Below are positions 11,491 through 20,432 of a DNA stretch of 32,000 nt, piece after piece. Each line of letters opens with the position of its first letter. Within the stretch, counting starts at the first letter, position 1. The notes under the pieces are model-generated. The model had not been told where the DNA came from. It made no database searches and saw nothing but the letters and a program-made list of their open reading frames with translations. Both the position numbers and the translations under genes were made by a program. The stretch covers positions 50,523 to 82,522 of the forward strand of contig JASBSB010000005.1 of NCBI GenBank assembly GCA_030149205.1, read 5' to 3'. The DNA comes from Candidatus Heimdallarchaeota archaeon (lineage in GTDB: Archaea; Asgardarchaeota; Heimdallarchaeia; Heimdallarchaeales; Kariarchaeaceae).

Positions 11491-13332
11491 ATGCAATCCA
11501 TTGATTTAGCTCCAATCAAAGAGAAGGGTCATTTTGTACTTGAAGAGTTGGCATCTATGCCATCGTTTTATATGCCTACTTTAAACCATAAAGAGGATAA
11601 ACTTGCATTCTATTGGGACAAAACTGGAAGGATCGAACTTTTTGTTATGGATCTTAATACAAAAGAGATCAAACAAGTATCCCATGGTGAGGTACCTAAG
11701 GCATTAAGGGCAGGTTTTATCTGGTCTAGAGATGATTCTACTGTATTATTTGCTCTGGATAATCAGGGTGACGAAAAACATAACATCCATGAGATAGACG
11801 TTGAGACAGGTGAAGTTAGAATCCTTACAAACACACCTGAGCATCAAGAATATATTGTAGATTCATCACCAGATGGAAACTGGTACACACTTGTGAGCAC
11901 TAGAAACGGTCAGTTAAATCTCTTTAAGCTTTATAAGGATGGAAAGGTTGAGCAGCTTACAGCACATGAGAATCCTGCATTTGGTGGTTCAATTTCACCA
12001 GATGGTAAACTTATAACATATTCAAGCAATGAGGAACAAAACTTAAAAAATTCAGATATTTATCTAGCTAAAAGTGATGGTTCATCTGCTGAGAGACTTC
12101 TGCAAATCAAGGTCGGAAGCAGTGAATCTTTTGCAGACTGGGCAAAGAACAGTAAAATGTTTGCCTTCACTAGTGATGCAAATGGTGTGAGTCAACCTGG
12201 GATATATGACATTGAGAAAGGAGAATACAGGTTATTTGGAGATCAGAAACATGATGAGTATGCTGCCAAATTAACCAAGGATGGTAAATCCCTGATTGTA
12301 TTAGAAAATGTGGATGGGTCTGTCTCTCCAGCTGTCTATAATATAGAAACTGGTGAAAAACGCTCACTCGATTTCCCCAAAGGTATTGCTGCTGGAAGTG
12401 AGCTTCGAGGAGACCGATATCTATATTTAACAGTTACCACACCAACTTCTCCCTCTCAGTTGGTTGAATATGATCTACAGAATGATACAACCACCGTTAT
12501 TCTTGAAACTGACACAGGAAATGTAGATTCAAGTTTCTTCGTTGATGGTGAGCATATTTGGTATAAGAGTTTAGATGGAACTGACATTCCTGCGATTGTC
12601 TACAAGCCCAATGATTATGACAAGAGTCTCAAATACCCAGCAATTGTTCTGCCACATGGTGGACCAACAGGGCAATATTTCCTGAATTTCTCGATGATGG
12701 CACAATATTTAGCAGATCTCGGATATGTCGTACTTCTTCCAAATGTCAGAGGAAGCACAGGATACGGTGTGGAATTTAGAGACGCATGCTTAAAAGCATG
12801 GGGAGATAAAGATCATGAGGATTGGGTTGCAGGCAGACAATGGCTTGTTGATGAACTAAATGTTGATCCAAACCGTATTGTGGTATTTGGAGGATCGTAT
12901 GGAGGGTATGCAACCCTGGTCTGTATGACAAAATCCCCTGAACTCTGGGCAGCAGGATGTGCCTGGGTTCCTGTTTCACACCTGAAGAATATGTATGAGC
13001 AATCCCAACCCCATTTTCAGTATTTCTTAAGAGAACAAATGGGAGACCCGGTGAAAGATGCTGATCTTTGGGAGGCTCATTCACCTCTAAACTTTGTCGA
13101 AAACATCACAAAACCATTGCTTCTTGTTCATGGAAAAAATGACCCAAGATGTCCAGTTGATGAATCACGAAATGTTGTAAAGAGATTAAAAGAGCTGGGA
13201 AGAGTTGAAGGTCAGGACTTTGAGTATGTTGAATATCAAGACGAGGGTCATGGGGCAATGAGTGACATTCAATCTAGAATTCGCTCCATTAAGCTATTCC
13301 AAGATTATTTCTACCGAAAGTTAGTAAATTAA
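11491..13332 (+). CDS. S9-family (acylaminoacyl/dipeptidyl) serine peptidase with beta-propeller
   Basis: HGGP oxyanion motif, GGSYGG nucleophile, NDPRC Asp and EGHG His, with TolB-like repeats at the N-terminus. Start moved from 11377 to ATG 11491, which has a TATA-like TTATATA at 11463-11469. Confidence 0.92.
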   Translation: MQSIDLAPIKEKGHFVLEELASMPSFYMPTLNHKEDKLAFYWDKTGRIELFVMDLNTKEIKQVSHGEVPKALRAGFIWSRDDSTVLFALDNQGDEKHNIHEIDVETGEVRILTNTPEHQEYIVDSSPDGNWYTLVSTRNGQLNLFKLYKDGKVEQLTAHENPAFGGSISPDGKLITYSSNEEQNLKNSDIYLAKSDGSSAERLLQIKVGSSESFADWAKNSKMFAFTSDANGVSQPGIYDIEKGEYRLFGDQKHDEYAAKLTKDGKSLIVLENVDGSVSPAVYNIETGEKRSLDFPKGIAAGSELRGDRYLYLTVTTPTSPSQLVEYDLQNDTTTVILETDTGNVDSSFFVDGEHIWYKSLDGTDIPAIVYKPNDYDKSLKYPAIVLPHGGPTGQYFLNFSMMAQYLADLGYVVLLPNVRGSTGYGVEFRDACLKAWGDKDHEDWVAGRQWLVDELNVDPNRIVVFGGSYGGYATLVCMTKSPELWAAGCAWVPVSHLKNMYEQSQPHFQYFLREQMGDPVKDADLWEAHSPLNFVENITKPLLLVHGKNDPRCPVDESRNVVKRLKELGRVEGQDFEYVEYQDEGHGAMSDIQSRIRSIKLFQDYFYRKLVN

Positions 13333-13410
13333 ATTCAATTTTATCTAGGAATTTTTGAGAATTAAACTCTAAAAGAGTAACATTCTAATTATAGCGTTCA
13401 AAGAAGAGGT

Positions 13411-14343
13411 ATGAACCATAAATTTCGCGTACTACCCTCAGTGATACTTACTTTGTTGCTTCTATTGATTGTATTAATTGCTCTTCCTCAAAATAATATA
13501 ATTAACGCTCTCTCATCATCAATATTAGTGATTATATGGCTTCAAACCATTTTAATTTTTGGAATTCCTGACAGGAATTTAGAATTTTCACCATTACTCA
13601 AATTACTTGTTATAACATTAATACCTTATGGAATCTTATTAGGTATTCAGAGCACTTCAATAAGTGATTTTCCTGTTTTTCTTATCTGGTATCTCCTCCC
13701 TCAGTTTCTCTTTTTATCTCCACAGATTATTAAAGATAAATTTAGCAAATCACAAATTCTCTCAATCCAAATACTTGCTGTGGGTTTACTCTGGATTGGA
13801 TTCGATAATCGGTACACAAAGGTACTCTTTAATGGTCTCTCCAATATGGATTATGCATTAAATGCATTCTGGCTTGCAGCAATAATTCTATCCTCAATAT
13901 CTGTGAGAACCCCGGAAAATAAAAATGATTTTATCTTGAAACCAACTTTCTATGGTTTTAAAATTGGAAACATAACTTCATTAGTTGCCTCTGTAATAGT
14001 TCTTCCATTTGGGCTTTTAACAGGGTTCTTAGTATGGAATCCAGTCTCCTTTGATATTCGGATTATCGTTATATCATTCATAGGAATTTTCATGACTATC
14101 GCTTTACAAGAAGAATTAGTTTTCCGAGGAGTCTTACAGAATCACCTGACTCAACTTAGAAAGGATAATCCCATACAAGAGGCATTTATAATTATAGTTG
14201 TTACAATGTTATTTGCACTAACCCACTGGAATAATACCACCCCACAATTTGTTTATCTATACTTCATATCTGCATTCATCGCAGGGTTAGGGTATGCAGT
14301 TGCATATATTCTAATTATTCAAGTCTTTCCCCTGCTAAATTAA
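13411..14343 (+). CDS. CPBP/Abi (CAAX-protease-like) intramembrane metalloprotease, apparently C-terminally truncated
   Basis: Multiple TM helices, QEELVFRG (EExxxR) and FALTH (FxxxH). The final HxxxN/D motif is absent. Confidence 0.8.
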   Translation: MNHKFRVLPSVILTLLLLLIVLIALPQNNIINALSSSILVIIWLQTILIFGIPDRNLEFSPLLKLLVITLIPYGILLGIQSTSISDFPVFLIWYLLPQFLFLSPQIIKDKFSKSQILSIQILAVGLLWIGFDNRYTKVLFNGLSNMDYALNAFWLAAIILSSISVRTPENKNDFILKPTFYGFKIGNITSLVASVIVLPFGLLTGFLVWNPVSFDIRIIVISFIGIFMTIALQEELVFRGVLQNHLTQLRKDNPIQEAFIIIVVTMLFALTHWNNTTPQFVYLYFISAFIAGLGYAVAYILIIQVFPLLN

Positions 14344-14549
14344 AATCCCAAGGAGACGACATGTATAAATACAAGGTGTGGTTTTATCTAAATGGAAGTG
14401 GTAAAGTAAACACATTTGTTTATGCACAATATTTTTATGAAGCACTTCCTGTTCCCCGATTTTATTGGGCTTCGGGCACTAATTTTTTGATGATAGCAAT
14501 TTCATTGCTTGTTGTATTGCTAGTAAGAAGAAAGTCATTTCATAAGTAA
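14307..14549 (+). pseudogene. Probable 3' remnant of a membrane-anchored surface protein
   Basis: The frame of ORF 14361-14549 is open upstream (YSNYSSLSPAKLKSQGDD-MYKYKVW...) and ends in a TM helix plus RRK basic tail (FLMIAISLLVVLLVRRKSFHK). There is no signal peptide. Confidence 0.4.
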
Positions 14550-14631
14550 TATCCTTGGAGGGAACACAATCCTGCTCTGAATCATTATACTCATTTATAC
14601 TCCATAAGGATACTTCCATATATTAGTAACC

Positions 14632-15642
14632 TCAATGTGAAAATTTCCTTTCAACCGGATTATAATATTTGAATCTAATGGGAAACTGTGGTATCCCATC
14701 TTTGGAACCTATTTTGCTTAAGTATCCTTCAACTGTGTTAACAGGATTAACACATGCTTCAATGCCTTCAAAAATTGCAGTCCATTCTTCTTGGGTTTTC
14801 GTTCTTATTTTTTCTACGATTTTTTTCTTGGTTTCTCGATCAAACAGATATTCTCCGTTTGAATCTGGTACAATTCCTGTTAGCTCCAGGCCTTTCATCA
14901 GATTTATGAAGAATTTTGGTTCGAGTGACCCCACTGCAATAAATTTCCCATCTTTCGTCTCATAAAAATCATAAATAGACCCTCCATCTAGCAAACCTTT
15001 CCCAATCTCTGGTTGGGGTTTTCTTAAGGTTGTGTACCCTGAATATAACAAAGTTAGGGGATTCAGGCACTCAGTCATAGAAATATCAATCAGTTCACCC
15101 TCTCCCGTTCTTTCTCTTTTCACCAGAGCGGCTAAAATTCCAATGGTTGCGTGTAGGCTGCCACCAACTAAATCACCCAGTTGTGTTCCAATAGGATGTG
15201 GAATTTTGCTAAGTAGGGTTGCCACACCAGATTCAGCAACGAAGTTGATGTCATGTCCAACTTTGTTGCTCGATCTGCCAAATCCACTTATTGAGCAGTA
15301 AATTAGTTGAGGGTTTATCTCACTCAAGGACTCATAACCCAATCCTAGCTTGTCCATCACACCTGGTCGAAATTGTTCAACTATTATGTCATATTCTATT
15401 ATTAACGATTTGATTATCTTGATTGCCTCATGTGTCTTTAAATTAAGTTCTAAGGTTTCTTTGTTTCCATTTAAAATTGTCTCTATTACAGAAGTTTTAT
15501 TGATGCTCGGTTCTATCATAAATTTTTGTGCGTTTGGGTTTATGACCTGAATCACCTCTGCACCTAATTCCTCAAGCATCAATGTAGCATAAGGACCAGG
15601 TAACAATGTAGAAAAATCTAAAACTTTTATCCCTTTTAGCAT
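14632..15642 (-). CDS. Family III CoA-transferase (CaiB/BaiF), alpha-methylacyl-CoA racemase-like
   Basis: L.GIKVLDFSTLLPGPYAT..L.ELGAEVI N-terminus, EQFRPGVMDKLGLGYE, GHDINF and LGDLVGG, YETKDGKFIAVGSLEPKFF. Confidence 0.9.
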   Translation of the reverse strand: MLKGIKVLDFSTLLPGPYATLMLEELGAEVIQVINPNAQKFMIEPSINKTSVIETILNGNKETLELNLKTHEAIKIIKSLIIEYDIIVEQFRPGVMDKLGLGYESLSEINPQLIYCSISGFGRSSNKVGHDINFVAESGVATLLSKIPHPIGTQLGDLVGGSLHATIGILAALVKRERTGEGELIDISMTECLNPLTLLYSGYTTLRKPQPEIGKGLLDGGSIYDFYETKDGKFIAVGSLEPKFFINLMKGLELTGIVPDSNGEYLFDRETKKKIVEKIRTKTQEEWTAIFEGIEACVNPVNTVEGYLSKIGSKDGIPQFPIRFKYYNPVERKFSH

Positions 15643-15834
15643 ATTAATATTACAAAGGGTAAGACAGACATCAATCTTTCCCTTTACAGGTCATTATTTG
15701 GGTAATATTTGAAATTTACGTGAACGATATTGTTGTTGCATAGTCGTCTTGTAGTGATCCTGTAACTGAATATTTTTTGACTATTCAAAATACATTAATT
15801 TCCTCTAAAACTTGTTAGATTATTTATTTATGCT

Positions 15835-15868
15835 AAAACAATTTTCCGGTAATAGCACAAATTGTTTT
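15835..15868. promoter_or_regulatory. Perfect 10-bp inverted repeat upstream of the CARF gene
   Basis: AAAACAATTT-N14-AAATTGTTTT, ending 25 nt before ATG 15894. Confidence 0.35.
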
Positions 15869-15893
15869 TATTTTTAAAAGTTAGAAAACACAT

Positions 15894-17453
15894 ATGGTGA
15901 ACAGCAGGGAGAAAAATCTTGTAAGCATGAAGAATACCGAACTTGTACAAAAAACTCTGAATTATTTTGAGAAAAAGAGAGATGATCGAAAGAGGAATAG
16001 GGAGGATCAAGGTAAGAAGACTGAAGAGGATTTAATAATAGAAGATCTGGTCACTTTCTTCAAGACTGAGAACCGAAAAGAGCGAACTGAACTAATAAAA
16101 TTAAGCAATAAATATCAAGAAATGGAACGCAGAATGATCTGTAACATAAATCCTCAAGAGGAACAAAAACATGCAGATTGGGCAATATTGACAGTGGGTA
16201 ATAGAGAACAACCCATTATTTTATCAGTATTGTTGTTGCGTGCAAGAAAGGTGTTTCTGCTCCATACCAGTGGATCTAAAAACACAGCAGAACTTGTTGA
16301 AAATTGTCCAGACCTTGTTAGGAGAAAAATTGATTTTGAACTTCATGAAATCGATGAGGTTGACCCCACAAAGTTATATCAGGAAACGAGAGAGATTATC
16401 AAGCAGGCAAAGATTGAAGGAAAGACCATAGTCATAGACCCAACTGGTGGTAGAAAATCTATGAGCGCAGGTGCATCTGCAGTTGCTTTTTTCTACAGAA
16501 TACCAATGGTATACCTTCATGGGTATGAAAAGCAATCAATAATAATGCCGTTTACTGAATATATGAAGGTTATTCCAAACCCCTATGATCTGTTTGGAGA
16601 CTTTGATATGAAGCTGATTTTAAGCATGGCGAACAACTATAGTTACTCAGCAGCTATAGAATCTATTGAAACTATACATCGCACCAAAGATATAATTGGT
16701 CAAACTGTCCAGGAGTTTACAGCATTAAAATATATTTTGGAGGTATATGAACTCTGGGACAGGTTTAAGCATAGTGATTCCAAGAATCAAAATATTCTCT
16801 CTCGACAGTTAGAAATTAATTATAGAAAAATTGGATCTCTTTCCAAAGACACTGTCAACCAGATGGAAAAAAATATTCAATTTCTGAAAAAGATAGAAAC
16901 TGCATGGTTGGGGTCTTCTGTAATGTATGATGAGTTTAGGATTGTAGACCTCTACACAATGATTGAGAGAAGAAAGGAGTCCAAAAAATTTGAGGAGGCT
17001 CTTGCCCTACTGTATCGATTATTTGAAATGGTAGCGACACATCTACTCCTCAAGAAAATGAGCTTAAAAGATCCTAATCTAACAGTTGGAGAGGTAAAAG
17101 AGTTCATGGTAAATCGTGACCCAAATTTTAATCTCGGGGATCTAATTACAAAACCGGGGGACAAACTGAGTCTGTTTGTGCTAAATGCCATTCTAGTTAA
17201 AGGATTTTACGGGGATACAGTTGTCTCTAAATTTGGTGAAACCTATGAATATTTAGAAACAATAAAAGAAAAAAGAAATAGCTCCTATTTTGGTCATGGA
17301 ACTGACAGTGTTACAAAAGAGGAATTTATTGAGGCGTTCAACTCGGTTCATCGGTTTTTGATTCTTATGTTTAAAGATATTAAGTTAGACTTTGATGAGC
17401 TAACCACCTTAGCCAAATTTCCAAAGTTTAGGTCTCTGGATACTTGGAATTGA
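15894..17453 (+). CDS. CARF-HEPN protein, TIGR02710-like CRISPR-associated ancillary nuclease family
   Basis: CARF core ILTVG...PIILS...VFLLHT and IDPTGGRKSMSAG, NPY linker, C-terminal HEPN RxxxxxxH motif RNSSYFGH. Confidence 0.82.
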   Translation: MVNSREKNLVSMKNTELVQKTLNYFEKKRDDRKRNREDQGKKTEEDLIIEDLVTFFKTENRKERTELIKLSNKYQEMERRMICNINPQEEQKHADWAILTVGNREQPIILSVLLLRARKVFLLHTSGSKNTAELVENCPDLVRRKIDFELHEIDEVDPTKLYQETREIIKQAKIEGKTIVIDPTGGRKSMSAGASAVAFFYRIPMVYLHGYEKQSIIMPFTEYMKVIPNPYDLFGDFDMKLILSMANNYSYSAAIESIETIHRTKDIIGQTVQEFTALKYILEVYELWDRFKHSDSKNQNILSRQLEINYRKIGSLSKDTVNQMEKNIQFLKKIETAWLGSSVMYDEFRIVDLYTMIERRKESKKFEEALALLYRLFEMVATHLLLKKMSLKDPNLTVGEVKEFMVNRDPNFNLGDLITKPGDKLSLFVLNAILVKGFYGDTVVSKFGETYEYLETIKEKRNSSYFGHGTDSVTKEEFIEAFNSVHRFLILMFKDIKLDFDELTTLAKFPKFRSLDTWN

Positions 17454-17458
17454 TCCAA

Positions 17459-18343
17459 TTATAAATCTCGCACAGCAGGTAATATCTCATCTCTCAGGGT
17501 TTCTAATGGTCTTATTTCATGTATTCCTGGGATATTAAAGATTGCATGTTCAATTCCAATTTCTGACAATTTTTTAAGTAGGTCAATAATTTCATTAGGT
17601 GTTTGACCGGCGATGAGGTTAGCTGTTCCTAATGCTGTTTTCTCGATGTCACTGTAATTTCGGCCGAGCCCTTCACAATGTTGCTTAAGTATCTTTAACT
17701 TGCTATCCAACACCTCAACCCCCGCTCTCATGAACAGGTTGGTCGCATCCGCATATTGTGCAACCATTCGTAACGTCTTCTTCTCACCCATTCCTCCAAT
17801 CATTATGGGTGGGTGTGGTTTTGATATCGGCTGAGGTGAAAGGTAAGTGTCTTTAATTTGGTAATATTTCCCCTCAAAGGAACTGTTGTCATCAGACCAT
17901 AATTTATGTGTAAGCTGTAGTGTCTCTTCCAGCATCTCGAATCTAGTCTTAACACTTGGAAAAGGGAACCCATAGGCTTCTGCCTCCTCTTTGTACCAAG
18001 CAGCTCCAATTCCAAAATACCCCCTTCCATTGGAAAGTACATCTAAGGTTGTCATTTGTTTGAGTAGCAGCACAGGATTCCTGTAAATTATTCCTGTAAC
18101 TAATGATCCAAGCTTTACATTTTTTGTTATACCTGCAAAAAAATTTAGGGTTGAATATGATTCAAGCATTGGTGCGGTGTGTGGTAGATCGAACAAACCT
18201 TTTATCTGGTAATAATGATCCATGACCCATAAAGATGAGAACCCACCTGCATCAATAATTTTTGTAACTTCTTTTAATGTGTCCGGTATGCCTTGATCCC
18301 CCCCTGGATATGAAAAACTAGGTATTTGTACTCCGATTCTCAT
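17459..18343 (-). CDS. LLM-class (luciferase-like) oxidoreductase, probably F420-dependent (Rv1855c-like)
   Basis: GFSSLWVMDH, LGSLVTG..YRNP.LL.K..TTLDVLS.GR..FGIGAAW, PQP.SKPHPPIMIGGMGEKKTLR.VA.YAD. Confidence 0.92.
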   Translation of the reverse strand: MRIGVQIPSFSYPGGDQGIPDTLKEVTKIIDAGGFSSLWVMDHYYQIKGLFDLPHTAPMLESYSTLNFFAGITKNVKLGSLVTGIIYRNPVLLLKQMTTLDVLSNGRGYFGIGAAWYKEEAEAYGFPFPSVKTRFEMLEETLQLTHKLWSDDNSSFEGKYYQIKDTYLSPQPISKPHPPIMIGGMGEKKTLRMVAQYADATNLFMRAGVEVLDSKLKILKQHCEGLGRNYSDIEKTALGTANLIAGQTPNEIIDLLKKLSEIGIEHAIFNIPGIHEIRPLETLRDEILPAVRDL

Positions 18344-18441
18344 GGAGAAAGTTTAGTTTTGATTTATTTAAAATTACATTATTCATTTTGTATTATTGCA
18401 TAAACTTATGGTGTTTGTATGACCAAAGGGTTATATGAAAA

Positions 18442-18486
18442 TAGGTGACATAAGTGTAGATGATAAAGGTGTAGATGATACAGGAC
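18442..18486 (+). repeat. Three imperfect 15-bp tandem repeats
   Basis: TAGGTGACATAAGTG / TAGATGATAAAGGTG / TAGATGATACAGGAC. Confidence 0.5.
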
Positions 18487-18789
18487 ATCAAAATTTTTAG
18501 GTGTCTTTTTTGAATTTACTCATATTCACTTTGGAATTATACAGATATAAATGAAAATATGTCTGAAGCTCAATCAATACTGACATAAAATCATGCAGCA
18601 ACAGAACACACAGAAATTACAATAATTCTTATACAGAACAACATAATAATTGCTCGATATTCAAAAAAAAATAAATAATCCAGAATGTTGACAACTTTTT
18701 CGCTGTCATTTGATATATTTATTACTTATGGATATTATGTAGTGCTATTCTATAGGTTCGCTGTGAATTACTTGGAAATTCGCACGATA

Positions 18790-18835
18790 TTGTTTACAAA
18801 ATGTTACAAATTGTATATTATTAACAAAAGGTTAA
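18790..18835 (+). promoter_or_regulatory. Candidate promoter/operator of the NifB/NifX-family gene
   Basis: TTGTTTACAA and ATGTTACAA near-palindromes, a TATA-like TTGTATATTA, and a perfect TTAAC-N5-GTTAA palindrome at 18821-18835. Confidence 0.35.
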
Positions 18836-18860
18836 TGACTAATATGATACAATAGTTATT

Positions 18861-18964
18861 TGTGGTGACATGTGATGTGTCATTGGAACTAAGGTTCGAT
18901 AATGCTCTGACACCAGCATTTTAGCGATTCAAAGATGACACATCACTTTCTCACAAGAAGGTGA
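18861..18964 (+). promoter_or_regulatory. Structured 5' leader, riboswitch-like cis-regulatory RNA candidate
   Basis: 12-bp stem (18872-18883 with 18935-18946) enclosing two hairpins. An alternative 9-bp hairpin (18943-18951 with 18956-18964) buries the AAGGTGA SD. Confidence 0.4.
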
Positions 18965-18971
18965 AAAAAAT

Positions 18972-19361
18972 ATGAAACTTGCAATCCCAACAGTTAATGA
19001 ACACCCAACACTGAACAGTAAACCAAATGACACAATGGAGGGTGCTAAGTCGTATGTGATCTATGATACCAGCTCAGAAGAATTTACATTCTTTGAAAAT
19101 GGATACCTCAACTCTGATGAATGCTACATTTCTCGTGATTTGAAATTAATGGGAGTTACAGGGGTTATCACTCCTTCCATCTGCAATGAGTGTTATAAGA
19201 ACCTTCAATCCCAGGGTATAGATGTATGGAAAGATGAAGGCAGCAAAACAATCAGACTTGCAATTCAAAAGCTCGTAATGTGTGGTCTAAGCATAATCGC
19301 AGAAGCTCCTTTATGCTCAAGTCCAAAGCACTATTTAATAGCCCAAACAATAACTCGTTAA
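18972..19361 (+). CDS. NifB/NifX-family (FeMo-co-binding / IssA-like) protein, Cys-rich variant
   Basis: MKLAIPT, SYVIYD..SEEFTFFEN, GVTGVIT..I..ECYKNLQSQGIDVW, T.RLAIQKL. SD AAGGTGA; five Cys. Confidence 0.7.
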   Translation: MKLAIPTVNEHPTLNSKPNDTMEGAKSYVIYDTSSEEFTFFENGYLNSDECYISRDLKLMGVTGVITPSICNECYKNLQSQGIDVWKDEGSKTIRLAIQKLVMCGLSIIAEAPLCSSPKHYLIAQTITR

Positions 19362-19364
19362 AAA

Positions 19365-20111
19365 CTAAGTTCTTTTCTTTTCAATCCAATTTCTTTCTCT
19401 TAATGACTCTACAAACATTTGTAGCATTGCCATATCCAAATTCATTAAATGAGATAAATCAGATGAACAGTGCTTTCCTAGACATGTTATTGCTCTAAGG
19501 ATCACTCTATCCTCATACGAGAGCTCTGAATCTTCCTTTAGTAATTCATCTATCTCCCCCATCAAACTATTCTTGTTTTCTAATTCATCCATAAGCTGCC
19601 TTTCTAGACTCTCAATTCTCTTGTTCGATTCTTGAACAACCTTGTACAGGTTATAAAATTTTATTTTCCTCTCCAGTTTCTCTCCTTCATTTCCCGTTGG
19701 GAAGGAAGGGCTTATTGTTTTCAGTCCCTCTGGGATATTTTTGACAACGCCTCTGTTGTCTCCCCGTGCAATTATATGATTATGTACATAATTTGGGAGG
19801 ATCACAAAGAATAAACCAATAGTTTCAGATATCTTATAAAGTGTGGCTTCAGCCCCCTTCTTACCCGAAAAACTCTCTTTAGTTACCTTTGATGCCTCAA
19901 TTAGTTTGATGTTTTCATCTGATTCAAGCTGAGATAGGTGTCGGTGGATCGCGGGACTAGACACATCCAGGATGTTTGCAATTCTGTTTCCATAGTTGTG
20001 TTCACAAGCTATTAACCTAAGAATCTGTCTTCGGGTCACATTGCTTATTGAATCAAATAATGGGTGTTCAATAGAACAAATGAGAGAATTTTGTTCCTGT
20101 TTAATAGACAT
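19365..20111 (-). CDS. ArsR-family winged-helix regulator with coiled coil and C-terminal HTH-like domain (paralog 1, four Cys)
   Basis: ISNVTRRQILRLIA...IANILDVSSPAIHRHLSQL. Clear paralog of 26337-27071. Confidence 0.8.
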   Translation of the reverse strand: MSIKQEQNSLICSIEHPLFDSISNVTRRQILRLIACEHNYGNRIANILDVSSPAIHRHLSQLESDENIKLIEASKVTKESFSGKKGAEATLYKISETIGLFFVILPNYVHNHIIARGDNRGVVKNIPEGLKTISPSFPTGNEGEKLERKIKFYNLYKVVQESNKRIESLERQLMDELENKNSLMGEIDELLKEDSELSYEDRVILRAITCLGKHCSSDLSHLMNLDMAMLQMFVESLRERNWIEKKRT

Positions 20112-20432
20112 TAACTACTACTTTATTCCTCTTATATTAACCTGACGTTTGACTAAAGACGCAATCCACAAAAATTCTAGTTAGTTTAAAATAATAATTC
20201 TTTATTTTTTTCATTAAAATCAATCATTAATTCGTAAATTCATGATATTTCCTTTTAATAATTCATATTATAATAAAATATTAAAGTACAATTTATTCAA
20301 ATGGCTAATACAAAATTTATTGTAATTTATTTATAAATATTCCCTATAATTTCTCTATATTTTAGAAAATTACCTAATATATTTGTATTTACTTAACAAA
20401 TTCTGTTGGTCGATACTCAAGATATTAATATT

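Noticed and set aside
18574-18660. Cys-rich minus-strand reading (YCNFCVFCCCMILC), metallothionein-like
   Set aside because: It follows a stop with no usable start or SD, and arises from ACAGAAC-rich low-complexity sequence.
18885-18930. tRNA or known riboswitch/ribozyme (GGTTCGAT T-loop-like sequence; TGACACC resembling the fluoride riboswitch)
   Set aside because: There is no cloverleaf, and I do not see the conserved cores of fluoride, TPP, SAM, cobalamin or hammerhead RNAs. An Rfam search is needed to exclude them formally.
15643-18971. CRISPR array near the CARF gene
   Set aside because: No repeat-spacer periodicity in either flanking intergenic region. The 15-bp repeats have no spacers.
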